Part shown: positions 17,059 through 24,537 of the stretch, piece after piece
Layout: every line of letters starts with the position of its first letter
How positions within the stretch are numbered: position 1 is the stretch's first letter
IMG/VR virus record: IMGVR_UViG_3300032330_001542
Coordinates: 1-36,743 of that record
From: a virus
Taxonomy: Duplodnaviria > Caudoviricetes
Reading direction: 5' to 3' (one strand)
Length of the DNA: 36,743 bases
Notes under the pieces: generated by a model
Told to the model about the DNA's origin: nothing
The model's database searches: none
Seen by the model: the letters and a program-made list of their open reading frames with translations, nothing else
Position numbers and translations under genes: made by a program

Positions 17059-19955
17059 AAGTAGGCGAATTACATTGGCCTCGTGGGATGACTGTGTATG
17101 TGGACATGGACGGTGTGCTGGCCGACTTTGAAGCCGGCTATCATAGACTGTTTGGTCGCCGGCCCGGTTCCGAGTCTCGAGACGATCCCAATATCGCAAA
17201 ATTAGTTGGCACTGACTTCTTTGGTACCTTGCCCAAGTATGACTCAGCTGACGCGCTGATACAGTTGGTACTGGACCATGCCGGCCGTTACAGCATTTGT
17301 ACCGCACCCCTGCGCAACGATCACAAAAACAGCGGCCACTGGAAGCGTGAGTGGTTGGCACAACACATCTCTCCTGCACCCCGACAGATCAAGGTCAATG
17401 GTCAAAAAGAAGTGTATGCAGTGGGTGCAGATGGTGTGCCCAATGTACTAATTGACGACAAACCCAAGAATATACAACGCTGGCGTGCTGCAGGTGGCAT
17501 TGCCGTAGAATACTATGCACCAAGAGATGGCCTGGATGTGGTGGCTCAAGGTCTAAGACAATCCGCACAGTGGCGGCCTGATGCCGTTAAAGAATCGGCC
17601 ACTGGCGATTTGGAAAAAGACTTGAAGGATCCCCTGGGTTATGATGCCATAGATCACATGATGCAGACCATAAGCCGGCGCCACGGTATCACGGCAAACC
17701 GGTTACATGACTTGTTTGTTGCCAAGCATGGTTGCACACCCGATCACTGGATCAAGCAAGGTGTGACAGAAGGCCGCAGTAGCGGCTACAAAGAAATAGA
17801 GTTTATCTGTGCTAATCCTAAATTCCCTAATGCCACTGATCCCAAACTTCAAAAACAAATGTATGCAGGTTTGAAGCAAATTCCGGGAGTGATACCACTA
17901 TTTCAAGATCAAAGTGATTACAGCGAAGGTCAGTATAGTTTAACCGCGATATATAAAGACCGTGATGTGCGTGGACAAATATTAAAACTTGCAAAGCAAT
18001 TGGGTGTAAAAGTAGACTTAGAGCAACCAGTGACTGATGACTATGTTGATCGTGCCATCCGTGGTGAACACGAAGGGCAGCAAGGCATGGCGGAAGGCTT
18101 AGAAGAAGCAGTAGGTGGCAACTATCTATATCATGCCACAATGCCCGCGGGTATAATGCGTATATTGCGAGATGGATTGATCAAAGCATCATGGAGGCCA
18201 CAAGAAGCCACTAAGGCTAAAACAAAATATCCCACCGTCAGTACAACTAGATCAAAGCAATACGCAGAATCAGACAACTTTGTAAATTTCTTAAATTTAA
18301 CCAAAGATGGCAATGCGGCCATAATGGTGTTTGATCGTAATGCAGTGGCCAATCACTACAAGATGTTTAGTACCAGTCAAGGAACACAAAATGTTGGAGA
18401 CGAGTACGAAGAAGTCATAGTGGTGCCCAAAGGAGCAATGCCAATCAGAGGAACATTGAAAGGATTCTATTTCAATCCCAAACGAGCAGCAGAAATAGAA
18501 GAATATAAAGATTTTCCTTGGTTCAAAGAATTATTAAAGAGCCCTTATTACCTGGGCCCCCGGCAAGGTGTGGCGGAAGGCGGTGCCGAAACAAGTTGGT
18601 CCAATGACACCGATACAATTACACTACAGGATATTTTAGAATTAACCAAACATATTAAACAAATAAATTTACCAATTAACGATAATCTAAAGAGTAAACT
18701 ACTTCATTGGGAAGGTAACCCAGAAGAAATAGAAAGAGTTAATCAAGTAACGGTGTCTAACCAATTTCCTATTTTAATTATGGTAGATGAGCAAGGTCAA
18801 ATAGCCTGGATACTCGATGGCAACCATAGACTACACAAGGCAATACAATCACAAGCAAAAACAATACCTGCTAAACTTATTAGACCCAGCAACCTTGATG
18901 ATAAAGCAAAGAAAATATTTAATATAAAAGAGCAAGGTGTGGCGGAAGGCAAAAGCAATGATACTGCTATAAGTTTATCTCGTTTGGGTAAATTTCATCC
19001 CGGCGCAGATACACTGGCAGAGTTCGTTCCAGAAAGAGCCACTGCACAATATGCCTTGCACCCAGACAAGTGGGAATCAACCTTTTACAGTTTGACCAAC
19101 AAAGATTCTGACAAATTAAAATACTACGGTCCAAAAAAGATTTCGATTCCTCCAGGAACCTTGGTGGGAGACATGGCCATTGCTAACAAGTTCTATAGAG
19201 CAAAGACCCCCGAAGAAAAACAACAGTATGCCGAGGCATACAAAGCATCATTACAGCCATATCCGGTTGATGTCAGTGAATATCGCATGCCTGAATTGTT
19301 GATTCCCCGGCAAGGTGTAGCGGAAGGCCTTGAAGTAGATGTACCCAACGAACGCTGGTTGCAGAAAAAGATCGATTACGCTAAAAGGAAAGGTCGCACT
19401 AGCTATGGTGTGCCTTACATGGGCACAACCACAGCCTATACCTCACAGAATACACGAGTTCCTGTGGACATACTGCGACAACTGCTTGGCATGCGCCGTG
19501 AACAACAGAATGTTCGTCAAGACAACCTCAAAGCCCTTGTCAAGATCATGAAAGACACTGGTCGATTGCCCATGCATCAAGGTCAATACCCACCATCTAT
19601 TAATGTGGCCTGGAATGGTGAAGCCTGGGTAAATGACGGTAATCATAGAATCATGGCAGCGGCCGCACTGGGCTGGAAAGATCTCCCTGTACAGATACGC
19701 TACTTTGATGGTGGTGAAAGAGTCAAGTCTGGTGTGATGTATCCTGGTCGGATTGGTCTGGGTGACATCAAGGAAAACTTTGCTGATGGCCGAGGACCTG
19801 GTCGCCCTGGAGATAGCCGGCGTCACGGCATAAAGAAAGGCGTCACACTGGCACAACTGGATCGAATTGTGCATAGTAAAACTGCCAGCCCAAGAAAGAA
19901 ACAATTGGCACACTGGGCCGCAAACATGCGTAGAGGCAAAGCAAAGAAAAAATGA
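17055..19955 (+). CDS. Cassette polyprotein 1: HAD 5'(3')-nucleotidase-like domain, ART-like module, two ParB/Srx-like modules and unknown modules joined by QGVAEG linkers
   Basis: ATG 17055 (ATGA overlap); YVDMDGVLADF...LIDD; YLYHAT..STT..EYEE; DGNHR twice; five linker repeats; basic C-terminal peptide. Confidence 0.8.
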   Translation: MKVGELHWPRGMTVYVDMDGVLADFEAGYHRLFGRRPGSESRDDPNIAKLVGTDFFGTLPKYDSADALIQLVLDHAGRYSICTAPLRNDHKNSGHWKREWLAQHISPAPRQIKVNGQKEVYAVGADGVPNVLIDDKPKNIQRWRAAGGIAVEYYAPRDGLDVVAQGLRQSAQWRPDAVKESATGDLEKDLKDPLGYDAIDHMMQTISRRHGITANRLHDLFVAKHGCTPDHWIKQGVTEGRSSGYKEIEFICANPKFPNATDPKLQKQMYAGLKQIPGVIPLFQDQSDYSEGQYSLTAIYKDRDVRGQILKLAKQLGVKVDLEQPVTDDYVDRAIRGEHEGQQGMAEGLEEAVGGNYLYHATMPAGIMRILRDGLIKASWRPQEATKAKTKYPTVSTTRSKQYAESDNFVNFLNLTKDGNAAIMVFDRNAVANHYKMFSTSQGTQNVGDEYEEVIVVPKGAMPIRGTLKGFYFNPKRAAEIEEYKDFPWFKELLKSPYYLGPRQGVAEGGAETSWSNDTDTITLQDILELTKHIKQINLPINDNLKSKLLHWEGNPEEIERVNQVTVSNQFPILIMVDEQGQIAWILDGNHRLHKAIQSQAKTIPAKLIRPSNLDDKAKKIFNIKEQGVAEGKSNDTAISLSRLGKFHPGADTLAEFVPERATAQYALHPDKWESTFYSLTNKDSDKLKYYGPKKISIPPGTLVGDMAIANKFYRAKTPEEKQQYAEAYKASLQPYPVDVSEYRMPELLIPRQGVAEGLEVDVPNERWLQKKIDYAKRKGRTSYGVPYMGTTTAYTSQNTRVPVDILRQLLGMRREQQNVRQDNLKALVKIMKDTGRLPMHQGQYPPSINVAWNGEAWVNDGNHRIMAAAALGWKDLPVQIRYFDGGERVKSGVMYPGRIGLGDIKENFADGRGPGRPGDSRRHGIKKGVTLAQLDRIVHSKTASPRKKQLAHWAANMRRGKAKKK
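17756..19327 (+). repeat. Array 1 of the 18-bp direct repeat GCAAGGTGTGGCGGAAGG (5 copies)
   Basis: Copies start at 17756 (2 mismatches), 18080 (2), 18563 (0), 18932 (0) and 19310 (1); periods 324, 483, 369 and 378 bp, all multiples of 3. Confidence 0.95.
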
Positions 19956-20518
19956 AACGACTACTACTTACACTATTATTGATCATGGCAGGCACTGTGC
20001 AGGCTGCAGACTTGGCTGTGTGCAAAGGTCCATTTGCACTGTGTGCAGCATCCACTTGCAAGCCCACTGGCAAAACCATAACTGGCAATAACGGCATACC
20101 TTATCCCGAAGTTGAATGTCGTTGCCCCATACTCAATGGCCATAGCATTGCTGACACATCAGCGGGCAACATGCAAGGTTCCTGCACACCCACTGACAGC
20201 AATCATGTGTGGAGCTTGTTTGCACCAAGACTGCACTATCCACAAGAAGCCAGTAACTTCAGCAAGAATCCCAAAGACACCAAGGCCGTGGTACAAAAAT
20301 GTGATGCCAGTTTGAATCTCGGCAACAAAGCCAGCAATTGCTTTAGTTGGAACTGTGTAAAAGGTGCGGATGGCATAGCAGTTTGCTCGTGCCCCACAGG
20401 ACAAGTGGCTGCTGCCACTACATTTCTTACCGAGGCTGGTCAAGGCAATCCTGCAGCCTGCTCACAGTATCCAGTGAGTCTGCCTATTCAAGCACAGGAT
20501 TCCCCTAAGAAAAAATGA
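19952..20518 (+). CDS. Secreted/periplasmic Cys-rich protein
   Basis: Signal peptide MKRLLLTLLLIMAGTVQA; 12 Cys in the mature part. Confidence 0.75.
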   Translation: MKRLLLTLLLIMAGTVQAADLAVCKGPFALCAASTCKPTGKTITGNNGIPYPEVECRCPILNGHSIADTSAGNMQGSCTPTDSNHVWSLFAPRLHYPQEASNFSKNPKDTKAVVQKCDASLNLGNKASNCFSWNCVKGADGIAVCSCPTGQVAAATTFLTEAGQGNPAACSQYPVSLPIQAQDSPKKK

Positions 20519-20697
20519 AAACACAAGACATACTGGCCGGCTTTCGGGTATATGTGGCTCGAGTGCGTGTGAAGAATCCTGCCTACACCACCACTGTGGA
20601 AGTGGCCATCAACGCTAAGAATCCGCAGCAGGCGCGACTGTTGCTGCAGGCACAGTATGGTCGTGACAGCATAGTCAGTGGCGTCACCGAGGCCTAA
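20515..20697 (+). CDS. Small hypothetical protein
   Basis: 60 aa, ATGA overlap, MKTQDIL leader. Confidence 0.65.
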   Translation: MKTQDILAGFRVYVARVRVKNPAYTTTVEVAINAKNPQQARLLLQAQYGRDSIVSGVTEA

Positions 20698-20699
20698 CC

Positions 20700-21281
20700 G
20701 TGAAGTCGCGCGAGATCATCCCCGAAGCCAGCCCACTTACACTGGCGGGCAGTTTCACTCGCGACCTTGTTGTCAGCAAGTTATGGCTGTTGGACACAGT
20801 ACAAGCACTGGATGCTCCTAGATTTAACACTGCCTATATCTTGGGCAGTTGGTATGGCAATCTCAGTTTGTTTATGATAGCACGCCGTATGCCAGTGGAT
20901 CACATTGTGAATGTGGATCGTGGGCGTTGGCTTGGCGCCAGTGAAACACTAGCACAGCGCCTGGGCATGGCAGATGATATAGAATACATGCGGGCCGATG
21001 CCAATGACTTGGACTATAGACAGGCCACGCCTCCCAGCATTGTGATCAACACCAGTGTGAATGACATGCCCAATACAGGCTGGTTTGACAGTATTCCCGA
21101 CGGGACTTGGGTAGCAGTGCAAGGGCGCAATCATGTCAGCTCGGGTGCAGCCAACGATTATGCTAGTTTAGCGGCGTTTGATCAGGCCTATCCCTTGGGC
21201 CAAACCCTGACATTGGACAGTATTGAACTAGAGGATCCTGAGGTTAAATACAGTCGTTGGATGAAAATAGGAATAAAATGA
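20700..21281 (+). CDS. Class I SAM-dependent methyltransferase-like protein
   Basis: YILGSWYG (motif I-like), VNVD, DANDL, VINTS; GTG start, leader MKSREIIPE. Confidence 0.55.
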   Translation: MKSREIIPEASPLTLAGSFTRDLVVSKLWLLDTVQALDAPRFNTAYILGSWYGNLSLFMIARRMPVDHIVNVDRGRWLGASETLAQRLGMADDIEYMRADANDLDYRQATPPSIVINTSVNDMPNTGWFDSIPDGTWVAVQGRNHVSSGAANDYASLAAFDQAYPLGQTLTLDSIELEDPEVKYSRWMKIGIK

Positions 21282-22828
21282 AAGCCAGGGAAATAAACGA
21301 AGCCTGTTGGACCGGATATCGTCAGCAGGGCACAAAACGCAAGGGCGATAGAATGGTGCCCAACTGTGTGCCTGTGGCTGAACAGCGTAGAGATCCCACA
21401 GATCTATTTCGTCCCTCAGACGAAGAACTAGACCGGCTTCAGCATCAGTTCATACCCACATGGAGCATGTTGGACCATGATTTATTAAAAACCTCCTATG
21501 ATTTCCAGGACAATGACACAGCATTAGAATTTGTCAATGCACTGGCTGCCATGAGCGAGGCCATGGACCATAATGCAGTGATTGGTTTGGATCATGCCAG
21601 AGTCACTGTTGAAATACGCACCGGGGATGTTGATGGCCTTACACGCTTGGACTTTGAGTTTGCACTGAAATGTCAAACCTTGGCCGATGTCATGCATGCC
21701 AAGCAAGCACCACACACCACCAATGCTGTGATGGAAAATCTTCGTGACTGGTTTGGCAAAGGCAAACAGGGTGGTGCTGGAGGTGGTGGTTGGGACCGCT
21801 ACAATACCAAGGGCGAGCGTATTGGCAAGTGTGGAGACGGTAAGCCCGGTGAAGGCAAGCCCAAGTGTTTGAGCAAAAGCAAGGCAGCCAGTTTGCGCGC
21901 CTCAGGTGGCAAGGCGGCCATTGCTGCTGCTGTGCGTAGAAAGCGTGCCAATGATCCCAATCCCGAACGCCGTGGCGCAGCCAAAATGGTCCCAAATCGT
22001 GCCAAGTTAAACGAGTTTGATCGTGGTGAAGGCGGCTTTGGTCCTTTCAAGGTCTATGATACAGATTATCTCATAGGCTCGTTTGAAACATTTGATGATG
22101 CTCGAGCAGAAGTAGAAGATATAAGAGACGCAGATCCAAGAACAGCCAATACTCTGTGGCGCATTGTGGATGGCACAGGCGAAACTGTGTGGGAACACGA
22201 TCCAGGTGCGGCATGGGATGCTTGGCGCAGCAGTCAGAAAATACGTTTCTTGCCCAGGGACAAGCCAGGAGTCACCGAAGACCAAGACCGGGGTGATATA
22301 CCCGCAGCAGTGACCAAGTTTTATCAGGATGAAGTAGGCAACTTCTCTACCAAGCCTGTGGGCAACTATGCGGAAGTGGCTCGTGCTCTGGTACAAAAAG
22401 CACCCACACCCAGCATTCGTAAAAAAGTGATCGACGCCTTGGTCACTGCCAAAGACAATCCTTACATTCAAGGTGGTGTCATAACCACCATTGGTGCTGC
22501 ACTAGCCGGCGGCGTGCTGACCACAGCACAGCAAATGGGGCTAAACCCCGGTCAAACCAATATCATGTTGCAGGCCGTGCTTAACACAGTGATACCCACC
22601 ATGGTGTCAGTGGTCAATGGCAAGAGTCTTGAGGACACCATCAAGTATGTGCTGACCAGTGCTGCTATGGGCACAGGGTATGCTGCGGTAACAGAAGCTG
22701 GCAAAGACGCCTGCTATCGCAAAGTCAAAAGCAGATACAAGGTATGGCCCAGTGCCTATGCATCTGGTGCACTGGTTCGCTGCCGCAAAGTGGGTGCAGC
22801 CAACTGGGGCAACAAATCAAAAAAATAG
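21278..22828 (+). CDS. Modular polyprotein with a pterin-4a-carbinolamine dehydratase-like domain and Cys/basic micro-modules
   Basis: ATG 21278 (MKAREINE); CWTGY..VPNCVP; LKTSYDFQD..ALEFVN..MDHNA..TGDVDGLTRLDFEFA; junctions VAE, VME, LNE, VTE, VTE. Confidence 0.75.
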   Translation: MKAREINEACWTGYRQQGTKRKGDRMVPNCVPVAEQRRDPTDLFRPSDEELDRLQHQFIPTWSMLDHDLLKTSYDFQDNDTALEFVNALAAMSEAMDHNAVIGLDHARVTVEIRTGDVDGLTRLDFEFALKCQTLADVMHAKQAPHTTNAVMENLRDWFGKGKQGGAGGGGWDRYNTKGERIGKCGDGKPGEGKPKCLSKSKAASLRASGGKAAIAAAVRRKRANDPNPERRGAAKMVPNRAKLNEFDRGEGGFGPFKVYDTDYLIGSFETFDDARAEVEDIRDADPRTANTLWRIVDGTGETVWEHDPGAAWDAWRSSQKIRFLPRDKPGVTEDQDRGDIPAAVTKFYQDEVGNFSTKPVGNYAEVARALVQKAPTPSIRKKVIDALVTAKDNPYIQGGVITTIGAALAGGVLTTAQQMGLNPGQTNIMLQAVLNTVIPTMVSVVNGKSLEDTIKYVLTSAAMGTGYAAVTEAGKDACYRKVKSRYKVWPSAYASGALVRCRKVGAANWGNKSKK

Positions 22829-22837
22829 GAGCGTGAC

Positions 22838-23023
22838 ATGGCAAAAGTAAAAAAATCTGGCCCCCGGGGCATACAGCGTGAAAGACACTGGGATGGCAAG
22901 GTAGTAAGTCCAGTGCTGTGGAATGGTCGTGACAGCAAGTACATGGCAGCAGAAGTTAATGGGCAGTTGGTGTTACGGCAGGATGGAAGTCCCATGCCCT
23001 ATCGCAGTTGCCCACAGGTATAA
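22838..23023 (+). CDS. Small basic hypothetical protein
   Basis: 61 aa with an AGGAG RBS. Confidence 0.65.
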   Translation: MAKVKKSGPRGIQRERHWDGKVVSPVLWNGRDSKYMAAEVNGQLVLRQDGSPMPYRSCPQV

Positions 23024-23024
23024 C

Positions 23025-23315
23025 ATGGCATTTTTGCGTGTGATCACCGACATACATCTTGAGTGGACTGGTGATGCTCCATGCTATCGTACCTGGGTCA
23101 ACGACGAACTGTTTGTAGAACGCACTTGGTATTGGCCAGATGAATATGCTGAAGAATTGTTTCAAATTGAAGCACCCCCTGGACAGTATCAAATCAGAGT
23201 GGAAAACCTAGATCCAGACCGTGCTCAAATGAAGAACTGTAATTTACGAGTAGATTTTGGACCTGGGCGTATTTTGAACAACGATATTTTAGAGGTGTAT
23301 GATGAGAGCCAGTGA
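23025..23315 (+). CDS. Hypothetical protein
   Basis: ATG 23025 lies just after the previous stop, in frame with track ORF 22923..23315. Confidence 0.65.
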   Translation: MAFLRVITDIHLEWTGDAPCYRTWVNDELFVERTWYWPDEYAEELFQIEAPPGQYQIRVENLDPDRAQMKNCNLRVDFGPGRILNNDILEVYDESQ

Positions 23316-23499
23316 GTTTATCGCAGAAAATGCGTCTGCAGGCGCCACTAGCAGTGGCAGCGTAGCCGTGGTGGCCATGCCCATGGGCATACAAAGACGA
23401 AGTGGAGATAGTTTACTGGGTGGTAAATACACTACGGACCCGACACCAAACACACCGAAAGAATACAAGAGACTAAAAAATGCTAACAGACGATCTTAA
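23302..23499 (+). CDS. Small protein with a capsid-targeting-like leader (MRASEFIAE)
   Basis: GAGGTG RBS; leader resembles the T4 internal-protein leader MKTYQEFIAE. Confidence 0.65.
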   Translation: MRASEFIAENASAGATSSGSVAVVAMPMGIQRRSGDSLLGGKYTTDPTPNTPKEYKRLKNANRRS

Positions 23500-23920
23500 A
23501 ACATTATTGGCAACAACCTATTCATACGCAATTAAAACACAATATTTTCATTGGAATGTGGAGGGTCCGGATTTTGGCCAATTGCACGAATTCTTTCAAA
23601 CTCTGTACGAAGATGCCAATTCAGCCATTGACCCCATAGCTGAATACATCCGCGCACTGGGCGAATATGCTCCTGGCAGCTTTGAGCGTTTTGCACAACT
23701 CACACAAATCCAGGGCCAGACCAAAGTTCCGCGTGCCAGACTCATGCTGGAAGAACTGCTGGTGGACAGTGACACAATTATTGCGCTATTGAACCAGTGC
23801 TTTGCCGCTGCAGAACAAGAAAACGCACAGGATGTGGCCAACTTCATTGCCGAACGACTCAGCCAACACAACAAATATCGCTGGCAGTTACGCAGCTATC
23901 TCAAGGATGCTAGAGCGTGA
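23480..23920 (+). CDS. dps: Dps family ferritin-like DNA-protection protein
   Basis: HWNVEGPDFGQLHEFFQTLYE...DPIAEYIRALG and KYRWQLRS signatures. Confidence 0.92.
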   Translation: MLTDDLKTLLATTYSYAIKTQYFHWNVEGPDFGQLHEFFQTLYEDANSAIDPIAEYIRALGEYAPGSFERFAQLTQIQGQTKVPRARLMLEELLVDSDTIIALLNQCFAAAEQENAQDVANFIAERLSQHNKYRWQLRSYLKDARA

Positions 23921-24537
23921 GCGATGACATCCGTGTGATCTTGGAGCGCATGGCAGCTCTAGAAGCTGATCTTACTCCTGTTGGCGTCAAACATGGACTG
24001 AACAAGCAACAGCGCGGCGTGCCTCAACTGCCTGCACTGTTCAAACCCAAGCACATTACAGTGCTTACAAACAAAACAGATCCTCAACACCCAATGAAGA
24101 ATTACTTTGTGGGTGACAGTGAGGAGAATCTCAAGCAGCCAGTGGAAGAAGGTGCTGTAGAAGAAGATGTACTCAGCAAGGTCAAAAAAGGCCTCACTGA
24201 CTATTTGAAAAGCATCGAAGATGAAATCCGCGGCGACAGTGACTTGAAAGATCGTAAGCCTGACACACGCGAACTACGCGGCAAAGATGATAAAGTCAAA
24301 GATCATGAACTGATGGTGGCTGTAAGCCATCCTGTGAAAACACACACCATGGAAGATGGATCAAGTTGTGAAATACATGGTGATGAAAAGAATGGATTCA
24401 TTATTCGCCGTGGAGATCGCGAGCTGCCCACACGCTTTGAGAGCCTGGAAGAAGCCAACATGGCCTTGGAAATGTTTTTGGCACGCCGACCACGCCAGGT
24501 GGCAGATGTGGTTGCTGACTATGTGGATGAAGCATAA
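23917..24537 (+). CDS. Hypothetical modular protein
   Basis: GTGA overlap with dps; ALE and VEE junction-like sites. Confidence 0.7.
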   Translation: MSDDIRVILERMAALEADLTPVGVKHGLNKQQRGVPQLPALFKPKHITVLTNKTDPQHPMKNYFVGDSEENLKQPVEEGAVEEDVLSKVKKGLTDYLKSIEDEIRGDSDLKDRKPDTRELRGKDDKVKDHELMVAVSHPVKTHTMEDGSSCEIHGDEKNGFIIRRGDRELPTRFESLEEANMALEMFLARRPRQVADVVADYVDEA

